Shown here one piece after another: positions 51,018 to 58,410 of a stretch of 64,000 bases of DNA. The notes under the pieces are model-generated. The model was not told where the DNA came from and searched no databases. It saw only the letters and a program-made list of their open reading frames with translations. The stretch's first letter is position 1, and each line of letters starts with the position of its first letter. The translations under genes and the position numbers were made by a program. The stretch spans positions 62,001 through 126,000 of IMG/VR virus record IMGVR_UViG_3300027759_000046; one strand, given 5' to 3'.

Positions 51018-51647
51018 TTAATCCCACCAGCCTCTTAAGCCGCTGCCGTCAAATTGATTTTGCCAGTGATCCCAACTTTCATTGTGATCCAGGTCTTCAG
51101 GAGCATTCTCGAATTTTGAATAGTCTTGACCTTTCATTAAGTGCCATAACTCATCCCATAATTGTTCTTCGATTTCACGAGCTCTTGCAAATACCTTGCT
51201 ATTGTGTTCTTTTTCTTCTGGTGTATCCTGATCTTTGATCTGCACATAACCTTCTTGTTCAGCAGGTTCAAACTCCCATGGGTGATGTATAATCTCTCCC
51301 AATTCAGCTTCAGCTAATTCAATAAAATCATCATCAACGAAGTGTTGCATAAGATCTGCAGCTCGCTTCATTGCTCTAATCTTCTTAGAAGAGCTAGACT
51401 CAACTTCATGACCTCGTCTTTCAATATTTACAGCCATGTCCTCAAGCGCAGCTTGCATTAGTGGCAATACTGCATGTTGACCGCTCCACCATCTGTAATT
51501 CCAGACAGCTTTACGAAAATGCCAAAAGTTTTTTAGGCCACGAGGCAAATCATATCTAATGAAATCCCAGGTTTTCCAGTACCATTTTTCTCTATCAATC
51601 ATTCTCTTGAAACTTTCAAAGAATGTGTCTGCGAAATTTACTTCCAT
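51018..51647 (-). CDS. Hypothetical protein
   Basis: Intact ORF, Trp-rich. Confidence 0.65.
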   Translation of the reverse strand: MEVNFADTFFESFKRMIDREKWYWKTWDFIRYDLPRGLKNFWHFRKAVWNYRWWSGQHAVLPLMQAALEDMAVNIERRGHEVESSSSKKIRAMKRAADLMQHFVDDDFIELAEAELGEIIHHPWEFEPAEQEGYVQIKDQDTPEEKEHNSKVFARAREIEEQLWDELWHLMKGQDYSKFENAPEDLDHNESWDHWQNQFDGSGLRGWWD

Positions 51648-51648
51648 A

Positions 51649-51936
51649 TTATTGAGGTGTTGTTTGATTAATTATTATACTATCGTCTACTGGTTTCGGT
51701 TTAGGTTTTAGACCGGAATCGCAGTGAAATTTTTTGCACGGTACAGGTATTCTAACCGTGTCAGGTTTAAGATAAACTGGTTTTTCAACAATTACGGTGT
51801 CCCTATGTTGAACAGTTGAAGACTCAACCACTTTTGTTCGGTTTGAAGCCGCAGCAACGATACCAGTTACGATAAATCCAGCAGTTATTAATATAGTACT
51901 AGCGCCCATTAGGGCAAGTTTTGTAAATTTAGTCAT
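51649..51936 (-). CDS. Small membrane-anchored protein
   Basis: N-terminal hydrophobic helix; HRDTVIVE..DTVRI. Confidence 0.6.
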   Translation of the reverse strand: MTKFTKLALMGASTILITAGFIVTGIVAAASNRTKVVESSTVQHRDTVIVEKPVYLKPDTVRIPVPCKKFHCDSGLKPKPKPVDDSIIINQTTPQ

Positions 51937-52375
51937 TAATGTGAGAGATTATAGATTGCAGCGAATGCTTTACATTTTGTCTAAATGCATTTTCCATAGC
52001 TGTGCGACGTTGTTCAACTTCGTTAACGAATGCTTGGTACAGAGACCTTTGTAATTTTTGGGAAATTTTGATATTGTAGCCAAACACGTGATTGATCACA
52101 ACCAACTCATATTCAGTTAAGATAATAAGTATTTGCTTGCGATCGTTCTTTAGGAAATATCGACCACTGAGTGGGCTAATTAGCAATTCACTATCCGCCT
52201 TAACTAGCATCTTCTTGAAGAGTAGAGCAGCGTCTAATTCGGAACTATTTTTTTCTGGTCTTTCTCGGTCGAGTGGGTTAAATGCTCTCAGCAATTTAAT
52301 TGAGAGTGTTTGAGAAAGACGTCTAAACCTGTGAACTGTCGGTTTAATTGACGCTAATATTTGATCAGTTGTCAT
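51929..52375 (-). CDS. Hypothetical protein
   Basis: Operon-coupled ORF. Confidence 0.6.
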   Translation of the reverse strand: MTTDQILASIKPTVHRFRRLSQTLSIKLLRAFNPLDRERPEKNSSELDAALLFKKMLVKADSELLISPLSGRYFLKNDRKQILIILTEYELVVINHVFGYNIKISQKLQRSLYQAFVNEVEQRRTAMENAFRQNVKHSLQSIISHIND

Positions 52376-52388
52376 AAGTTAAATGTAC

Positions 52389-52778
52389 TTAAAATTTAAA
52401 GAATTTTCCTATTAATTTTTCAAAGTCAATTAAACCACCCTCACTCATTCTCTTTGGTAATTCGTACTCTTTAAAGTCCGTACTAACTCTGATCTCCTCA
52501 ACTTCTTTCCATAGACTTGGAATATCGTAACATATTGGAGCACCGTCCTTGTCCCAAGCTTGATTAATCTCACCACTAAGAGAATCCCTTTCATATAAGT
52601 ACCAATCAATCCAGTCTCGACCAACTTCACCGTAATACGCGCTCAATAAGAGATGAATTACCTCAGAATACTCTTCTTCGTACGTCATTAGGTCAATGCC
52701 TAGTTTATTAGCGGCGAAACTACGTTCCTGCTGATTTTGAATCTGCGTAATGATTCTCTCAAATACCTCAAGCTTCAT
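52389..52778 (-). CDS. Hypothetical protein
   Basis: Likely start MKLEVF; DWIDWYLYE. Confidence 0.6.
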   Translation of the reverse strand: MKLEVFERIITQIQNQQERSFAANKLGIDLMTYEEEYSEVIHLLLSAYYGEVGRDWIDWYLYERDSLSGEINQAWDKDGAPICYDIPSLWKEVEEIRVSTDFKEYELPKRMSEGGLIDFEKLIGKFFKF

Positions 52779-52974
52779 GTGATTCGGGTTTTGGTGGATC
52801 AAGAATTATCATAAAATCTTCAATTGCAGTTTCAATGCCAGCTGAGATCAGATTAGTTAAGTCTTCTTCAGTCGATACCATATTCATGCTCTGTGCAACT
52901 GCTAAAGTTTTCACCAAGCTAACTGCGTGTTCTTTTGCGAAGTCCGCAATATTTAGGTTATTTAGATTCTGCAT
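52768..52974 (-). CDS. Small hypothetical protein
   Basis: Overlap-coupled ORF. Confidence 0.5.
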   Translation of the reverse strand: MQNLNNLNIADFAKEHAVSLVKTLAVAQSMNMVSTEEDLTNLISAGIETAIEDFMIILDPPKPESHEA

Positions 52975-53329
52975 CTGTTTCGGAAATTTTAAATAGTTCG
53001 TAATTACTATTTCGGGTTTTAAATTTAAGGTAGTCTTCGCGCTGCTCTACTATTTCAGTAACAGCAGTCGTTTGCCAAGTAAAGAATTGGTTAAAAGGAG
53101 ACATGATAAGTGAATAACCAATAGCAGGTTTATCGTGCTCAGCTTTAAAACGACCTTCGTCATTCCACTCTAACCACTTTATTGCTTTAGACTGGTTAGT
53201 TAACCCATCACGTTCACGAACCAGTTTCCAATTAAACTCGTTTTCAACTACTCCTTGCTCAACCGCAATTCTTAATACATTATCCTTATCGAGAACTGCT
53301 GGGATTTTAATTTGATTTAACCTACTCAT
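52958..53329 (-). CDS. Hypothetical protein
   Basis: Overlap-coupled ORF; WQTTAVTEI. Confidence 0.6.
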   Translation of the reverse strand: MSRLNQIKIPAVLDKDNVLRIAVEQGVVENEFNWKLVRERDGLTNQSKAIKWLEWNDEGRFKAEHDKPAIGYSLIMSPFNQFFTWQTTAVTEIVEQREDYLKFKTRNSNYELFKISETDAESK

Positions 53330-53562
53330 GATTGTGTACTAAATTTTTTATCTAATCTACCAAACGTCTTATCGTCCAGTCTATGGTTAAGACTTCGAGA
53401 TACTTCAAAGAAGGTTGGAGTGTCCAATTTATCGAAATACTGCTTTTCAAAAAGACGAATCAGTTTTCTAGCAGCTGACTCTTGAAGCGGATGCTCACAT
53501 GAGTCAATTACTTTCTCTATCCAATTGGCAACATCGCCGTAGTGTTTACTTATTGCTGCCAT
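53326..53562 (-). CDS. Small hypothetical protein
   Basis: Overlap-coupled ORF. Confidence 0.55.
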   Translation of the reverse strand: MAAISKHYGDVANWIEKVIDSCEHPLQESAARKLIRLFEKQYFDKLDTPTFFEVSRSLNHRLDDKTFGRLDKKFSTQS

Positions 53563-53752
53563 CGTAAATATCGTTTAATTGTTTCTCAAGTTTATTGGCT
53601 CTAAGATCTGTCATCCAGGCAGTTGCAACCCATATTGCGCAGTTGTACTTCCAAATGTCAAATTTTCCAGCGGCTGCGTCAACTCCTAGTGATATTGCAA
53701 GAGTAATTGTCATTATAATATAGATGACTTTCATAAATGTATTCATATTCAT
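53546..53752 (-). CDS. Small membrane protein
   Basis: Two hydrophobic segments. Confidence 0.55.
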   Translation of the reverse strand: MNMNTFMKVIYIIMTITLAISLGVDAAAGKFDIWKYNCAIWVATAWMTDLRANKLEKQLNDIYDGSNK

Positions 53753-53754
53753 TA

Positions 53755-53970
53755 TTATTTTAGTTCTTCGTTTATTCTGTGTTCAATATCGCGAGCAACC
53801 TTAATTGCTCCAAATTCGGAGATCCAATTCGCTAATAGCGGCCCACCATTAAATTCAATGTACTCAATTAAATTCTGGTGCTGGCAATTCTTTAGCCAAT
53901 TAAGAGCATGTACGTCAACCGTTTCTTTATAGAACCGCTCGTCGCTTTCAATTATCTTATTTTCTTCCAT
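53755..53970 (-). CDS. Small hypothetical protein
   Basis: Operon-coupled ORF. Confidence 0.5.
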   Translation of the reverse strand: MEENKIIESDERFYKETVDVHALNWLKNCQHQNLIEYIEFNGGPLLANWISEFGAIKVARDIEHRINEELK

Positions 53971-54208
53971 ACTTTATAAATTTATAAGTTATTGAATCAC
54001 CTACTTGAGTATGTCCAGTGCAAGGAACCGTATCCGCATTTGACAGTACAGCTTTCCATCGAGGAGACATTTCGTCATGAATTGAAACTGGCTGAACTCG
54101 GTAGGTCTTAACTACTGCAAATTTTTTGATTACAATAGACTCAGGTTTTCTGGTTTCGCAAGCGGTAAACATAATTGCTCCAGCTAATATGATTAGTATA
54201 GCTTTCAT
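53957..54208 (-). CDS. Small lipoprotein
   Basis: MKAILIILAGAIMFTA|C lipobox-like signal. Confidence 0.65.
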   Translation of the reverse strand: MKAILIILAGAIMFTACETRKPESIVIKKFAVVKTYRVQPVSIHDEMSPRWKAVLSNADTVPCTGHTQVGDSITYKFIKYGRK

Positions 54209-54396
54209 TGTTCTACGAATGATTCAGTTGTGATAGCAATAATTCGTTCACGTTGACTCTTGGTCAGCATAGAGCGATCTTGCCAAATTTGATTTAGTGC
54301 CTTACCTAATTCTTGTTCAGTATAGGTAGAGCCGTCTGAGAAACCGCCTGATGAGTTAAGCTCAAACTCTTCTTTAGTAACAGTAATATAGTTCAT
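54205..54396 (-). CDS. Small hypothetical protein
   Basis: First ORF after an AGTATAATA -10-like element. Confidence 0.5.
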   Translation of the reverse strand: MNYITVTKEEFELNSSGGFSDGSTYTEQELGKALNQIWQDRSMLTKSQRERIIAITTESFVEQ

Positions 54397-54448
54397 ATCT
54401 AAGATTATTTAGTCTTAAATATTATACTACAATTACAGTACTTTAGTT

Positions 54449-54715
54449 TTAGGTATTGGATTTTTTGCTCTTTTTGGGATTAGCGCCAAACCAATATGGG
54501 TTTCCGCTTTGAGCAACTTGAGCCTGTTGCATAAATTGAGTGTAGCCTTGGGATTCTTTAGTTGATGCAGCTTTCCACGCTTTTTCTTTAGGATAGCCTT
54601 TGCTTCCAGGCTTTGCAGGAGATTCGCCGCGCTTTCTTTTAGCCTGAACATTATCCCAAAGTCCAGGCTTTTTCTTTTCAGTAATAAATGTTGTAAATGA
54701 TTTAACGTGATTCAT
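54449..54715 (-). CDS. Small putative head protein with basic module
   Basis: MNHVKSFTTFITE then KKPGLWDNVQAKRKRG..PGSKGYP..AW. Confidence 0.65.
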   Translation of the reverse strand: MNHVKSFTTFITEKKKPGLWDNVQAKRKRGESPAKPGSKGYPKEKAWKAASTKESQGYTQFMQQAQVAQSGNPYWFGANPKKSKKSNT

Positions 54716-54716
54716 C

Positions 54717-55121
54717 TTACTTTGCAGTATTGCCAAACAACATTGCAACAATAATACCTGCAATTGAGCTGATGATGATCCATAAAAATTTAGTCACAGT
54801 GCCTTTAAATGACATTAGTTCTTTATGCTCATCAATTATTTTAGAGTAATCGCGTTCAGCCTCTTCTTTCTTTTTACGGAATTCAGTATTCTTGTTAACA
54901 CGAACAACAATTCCATCTTCTGGATCAAGTAATTGTTTCTTAATTAGGCGCAGGTCTTCGTGCATATCTTCTTGCGAAGATTCAATACCTGAAATCTTTT
55001 CTTGAATTACTTTAATTTCACCATTGGGCATCTTTGCCTTGATTAGTTCAAGTGCTTCAAGGATTTCATTCATCATGTTATCAACATCGCCATCCTGCGA
55101 TCTGCTAGTGCGTCCACTCAT
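54717..55121 (-). CDS. Coiled-coil protein with C-terminal TM helix
   Basis: FLWIIISSIAGIIVAMLFG. Confidence 0.6.
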   Translation of the reverse strand: MSGRTSRSQDGDVDNMMNEILEALELIKAKMPNGEIKVIQEKISGIESSQEDMHEDLRLIKKQLLDPEDGIVVRVNKNTEFRKKKEEAERDYSKIIDEHKELMSFKGTVTKFLWIIISSIAGIIVAMLFGNTAK

Positions 55122-55141
55122 GGTGTATTCGGAAAATATTT

Positions 55142-55441
55142 TTACATTAATTCTGCGTTATCGGAGTCAGTAGGTTCTTCTTCGATAGCTGGTTGTTCTT
55201 GATTGTCTGCCGGCTCTTCTGGGTTGTCCGCAGGTTCGTCCATCATCATAAGATTAGGTTCTTCGCCCTGTGGCATTTCGTTGCCCATTGGCTCTTGTGC
55301 TGGTGCAGGCAATTCCAATTGACCTTGACCCATGTCAGGTCCGTCCATGTGAATGTTAGCATCAACCTCAGGTTGATTGTCCAATCCTTGTGTTACGAAA
55401 TCTTCAAAGCTAAGAATTCTACTTTTGTTTAGATTATCCAT
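55142..55441 (-). CDS. Acidic low-complexity protein, putative head protein
   Basis: RILSFEDF then an E/P/D-rich tail; GATAAATA upstream. Confidence 0.55.
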   Translation of the reverse strand: MDNLNKSRILSFEDFVTQGLDNQPEVDANIHMDGPDMGQGQLELPAPAQEPMGNEMPQGEEPNLMMMDEPADNPEEPADNQEQPAIEEEPTDSDNAELM

Positions 55442-55479
55442 TTTTAAGTAGGTAATTTTGGTTTATTTATCTTTATTGG

Positions 55480-55506
55480 TGGAACAATTTGAGCCTCGCT
55501 CTGGTC
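55480..55506. repeat. Left arm of an inverted repeat flanking 55512..56309
   Basis: TGGAACAATTTGAGCCTCGCTCTGGTC; 13-nt core exactly complementary to 56359..56371. Confidence 0.8.
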
Positions 55507-55511
55507 AAATG

Positions 55512-56309
55512 TTAATTAGCAAGTGGTGTTCCGCAGCTAGGGCAGAACTGCCAATTACTCTTTTTTATTCTGGTGCCGCAACCTGTGCAATAAGATCGGA
55601 TTTCACCAATTTCTACAGGTTTTTGACTCTCAGGTAGGATCTTGTATTGATACACTGAGCAGGTCCATGAATTGAACGTGCCGTAGCTATTAGTAAATCC
55701 TTGATCTGATTTAGCGCCCTTTTCAACACGGCCAGTTTCTAAAGATCCAGCAACCGGTGCTGATGCACTACTGGTCAAAGTTAGATTTCCGACAGCAGAG
55801 TTGGTTGAGCAGTACAAAGTATTGACAGTAGACCCACCATACACAGGGTTAGCTGTCCAGGATGGAGTAGAATACGGCATGTACTGTATCTGTGAGTCTA
55901 TTTCAGAATAGAAGTCAACTTTAATGTTGCCATTAAAGAAAACAGCACTCTTAGCTGCCTCAGAGTCTTCAACTTCATACGTTGAGAATTTAAACTTACG
56001 ATCCTCATCAATGAATCTCTCTAAGTAAACTCTTTGGCCAGGATTCACAATGATTCCGCCGCCTGAGATGACGCGGCCGTTGACACTGATCTTAGCTAGG
56101 ACTCTTACTGTTTTTGGGTTGAATAATTCTATCTCAAAATGAGATTCGTCCTTTAGATAGACAGTTGTTCCGCTATATAATCTTAGACGATTTTTGCTCT
56201 TTGTAATGTGAGCTTCAGGTTTGGGGTCATAGTTCGAATACGAGATTGAACTGCCCACGTTTAGGGTGTTTGTTTGTTGGTACATAGTAGTTATGTTTTT
56301 TTTGCTCAT
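55512..56309 (-). CDS. Hypothetical protein with beta-rich N-domain and C-terminal double zinc ribbon
   Basis: FEIELFNP..YLERF..FKFSTYEV; CTGCG..CPSCG. Confidence 0.75.
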   Translation of the reverse strand: MSKKNITTMYQQTNTLNVGSSISYSNYDPKPEAHITKSKNRLRLYSGTTVYLKDESHFEIELFNPKTVRVLAKISVNGRVISGGGIIVNPGQRVYLERFIDEDRKFKFSTYEVEDSEAAKSAVFFNGNIKVDFYSEIDSQIQYMPYSTPSWTANPVYGGSTVNTLYCSTNSAVGNLTLTSSASAPVAGSLETGRVEKGAKSDQGFTNSYGTFNSWTCSVYQYKILPESQKPVEIGEIRSYCTGCGTRIKKSNWQFCPSCGTPLAN

Positions 56310-56355
56310 CTCTTTGTAACCCTATTGATTACTCAAAGGCCCGCGGACCCGAGAC

Positions 56356-56380
56356 GAACAGAGCGAGGCTCTATGTTCCA
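56356..56380. repeat. Right arm of the inverted repeat, in a structured 5' leader
   Basis: GAACAGAGCGAGGCTCTATGTTCCA. Confidence 0.8.
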
Positions 56381-56412
56381 TCTTTATTATACTTGATTAT
56401 TTATTCAAGTTT

Positions 56413-56489
56413 TGGTACTCTCGGAGAGACTCGAACTCCCAACCCCTTCGTCCGTAGCGAAGTGCTCTATTCCATTGAGCTACGAGAGC
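56413..56489 (-). tRNA. tRNA-Arg(ACG), CCA encoded
   Basis: Cloverleaf; anticodon arm CTTCG-CT ACG GA-CGAAG. Confidence 0.95.
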
Positions 56490-56495
56490 ATTTAG

Positions 56496-56569
56496 TGACC
56501 CCGACAGGATTCGAACCTGTGACCTACTGCTTAGAAGGCAGTTGCTCTATTCCGCTGAGCTACGGGGCC
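56496..56569 (-). tRNA. tRNA-Arg(TCT)
   Basis: Anticodon arm ACTGC-CT TCT AA-GCAGT; no CCA. Confidence 0.95.
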
Positions 56570-56574
56570 ATTTG

Positions 56575-56655
56575 TACCTCGGGTGGGAATCGAACCCACA
56601 AGCATTTTGCACTCGATCTTAAGCCGAGCGTGTTTACCAATTTCACCACCGAGGC
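56575..56655 (-). tRNA. tRNA-Leu(TAA)
   Basis: Anticodon arm CTCGG-CT TAA GA-TCGAG; variable arm; no CCA. Confidence 0.93.
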
Positions 56656-56656
56656 G

Positions 56657-56733
56657 TGGGGTGACAGAGGGGAATCGAACCCCCGATCTTCTGAACCACA
56701 ATCAGACGCTTTAACCAACTAAGCTACCGCCAC
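56657..56733 (-). tRNA. tRNA-His(GTG), CCA encoded
   Basis: Anticodon arm TCTGA-TT GTG GT-TCAGA; C73. Confidence 0.93.
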
Positions 56734-56735
56734 AG

Positions 56736-56805
56736 AGGTCAGTGTTGGAATCGAACCAACTCCGTGGGATTTGCAGTCCCACCGGCCTCCACGACCGAAC
56801 TGACC
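56736..56805 (-). tRNA. tRNA-Cys(GCA)
   Basis: Anticodon arm TGGGA-CT GCA AA-TCCCA; U73; short D arm. Confidence 0.9.
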
Positions 56806-56809
56806 TAAT

Positions 56810-56844
56810 AAAAAATGGGGCTTAAACTTGCGCTTAAGCCCCAT
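56810..56844 (-). terminator. Intrinsic terminator upstream of the tRNA operon (putative attenuator)
   Basis: 11-bp stem ATGGGGCTTAA/TTAAGCCCCAT plus U-tract ending about 5 nt before tRNA-Cys. Confidence 0.85.
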
Positions 56845-56868
56845 GTAAGGTTTTAGTTTTCCATCACA

Positions 56869-56940
56869 TCACGGCCTAAGTCTCTCAGATCTAGATCTGC
56901 GAGTACATAAACTTAATCGATGTAATGATAGTGTTTTCAT
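56869..56940 (-). CDS. Putative leader peptide MKTLSLHRLSLCTRRSRSERLRP (23 aa)
   Basis: Translated by hand; 10 of codons 6-20 are cognate to the five downstream tRNAs; last codons can pair with the terminator 5' arm. Confidence 0.65.
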   Translation of the reverse strand: MKTLSLHRLSLCTRRSRSERLRP

Positions 56941-56974
56941 GTTAATAATATACTATAAAATTCCTTTTCGGTTT

Positions 56975-56982
56975 TATTTATA
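56975..56982 (-). promoter_or_regulatory. Late promoter TATAAATA (plus a TATATT -10-like element at 56947..56952) upstream of the leader/tRNA operon
   Basis: Exact motif; TATATT lies 6 nt before the leader ATG. Confidence 0.65.
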
Positions 56983-57026
56983 TTAAACTTATTTCTTATC
57001 AGAGTTTTGAATCATAATATATGTAG

Positions 57027-57683
57027 TTAAATTTTTTGTAGCATTAAATATGCGTCATCCGTAAATTGGCCCTTTCGTACAACCGCATTATACCAGCTAA
57101 AATCAATCACTCGATATTTAGCATGGTTACCGGCCCGTCGGATTCGTTGAGTTCCATGAATCTCATTATTCCATGGACTCTCATTCGTAATCAGTAAATC
57201 CAATAAATCAAGTCTATTCCAGATACCAAATTGATGATTCAATAAATACGGAGACTCTTCAGCAAATTCTAGAATCTGATGACCTTCAAACAAACTGTGA
57301 TCTTTAAATATTCCGAATTCTGGTTTATTTGGAGGGCGAGACGTGATATAGAAAGCGGAGAGATTTTCATCTTTTAAATCAGTAAAACACTTATTAAAAA
57401 TGTCTAATTCTAATTTACGATATGGCCAAAAATCTTCTTGCATGTATGCGATATACGGAGTATCAATCGCGTTTAAGATAGTAATTAGTCGATTGCTCCA
57501 CTCGCCTGATCCAGTTTTTAAATTGATCCAGCCATTCTGCTCTACTGATAATTCTTCAGTACAAAAATATTTGCGACAGTCAATTAAGTTTCCATCAGTA
57601 AATTTAAAAAATGGATCCCAACAGAAACTGTATTTATCGCAAGTGTGTAATATTAGACTAATTTCAGTCATGCAATAATTCAT
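57027..57683 (-). CDS. Putative GT-A fold glycosyltransferase
   Basis: LILHTCDKYSFCW, WSNRL, YMQEDFW, SPWNNE. Confidence 0.6.
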   Translation of the reverse strand: MNYCMTEISLILHTCDKYSFCWDPFFKFTDGNLIDCRKYFCTEELSVEQNGWINLKTGSGEWSNRLITILNAIDTPYIAYMQEDFWPYRKLELDIFNKCFTDLKDENLSAFYITSRPPNKPEFGIFKDHSLFEGHQILEFAEESPYLLNHQFGIWNRLDLLDLLITNESPWNNEIHGTQRIRRAGNHAKYRVIDFSWYNAVVRKGQFTDDAYLMLQKI

Positions 57684-58410
57684 TTTTTTGCCAAGGTCTA
57701 GTTATGTAACCTGCATAAGGATCTAACGCAGATCCGATATCAATTTGAGTTATATCTGAATACCTAAAATACAAATTACTTATTAGCATCTTTCCGGCAA
57801 TCGTACATGCATATAAAATAACTGGGTCCTCAGTATTTTCAATCAAGTCTATCACTTGATTCTCTAAAGTATCGTAGCTTTCCCAAACATTCTCAGGTTC
57901 AGTACTCACATATTTACAGCTCTTTGAAACTATTGATAATTTGCCTAAATATATTGGACCAACGATAATTAAATTTCGGTTTTTAAATGATTCAAATAGA
58001 TCAAGTAGTCCATAATTAGCATATATATGCATAAAAATTACAGAGTTATTCTTCAAGAATTCTGGAGAAATTTCATCATAGAAATTTTGTAATTCTAATG
58101 GAAAATTATTTGAAATTAGCTCGCAGCATGGAGTATTATTCTCAATGCCTACAATTAGATTAGAATCACTTATCTTTAATATTGGGAGAATCGATTTCTT
58201 AAAAAGTTCTTCGTATTTCGGTAGAACTGGTGTTCCTCCTAATCCCAACAAGACTTTTAAGTCACCGTCTCCTAACCGAATCAACGAAAAGTGTTTATTC
58301 GTTTGAATATTTTCAACTATTCTATTGTAAATTAATTCGCTGGAATGATTCTCTATAGATGGGGCCCAATAATTCCAAGCTTTTATTTTATCTTGGTGAA
58401 ATCTCTGCAT
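57664..58410 (-). CDS. GT-D fold-like glycosyltransferase, paralog of 8645..9334
   Basis: FSLIRLGDGD; IDIGSALDPYAG. Confidence 0.6.
   Translation of the reverse strand: MQRFHQDKIKAWNYWAPSIENHSSELIYNRIVENIQTNKHFSLIRLGDGDLKVLLGLGGTPVLPKYEELFKKSILPILKISDSNLIVGIENNTPCCELISNNFPLELQNFYDEISPEFLKNNSVIFMHIYANYGLLDLFESFKNRNLIIVGPIYLGKLSIVSKSCKYVSTEPENVWESYDTLENQVIDLIENTEDPVILYACTIAGKMLISNLYFRYSDITQIDIGSALDPYAGYITRPWQKNELLHD

Noticed and set aside
53957-55121. Lipoprotein and TM proteins as a lysis (spanin/holin) cassette
   Set aside because: No endolysin nearby and no i-spanin/o-spanin overlap; unsupported
56393-56722. 109-aa plus-strand ORF
   Set aside because: Antisense to the tRNA cluster; a shadow ORF
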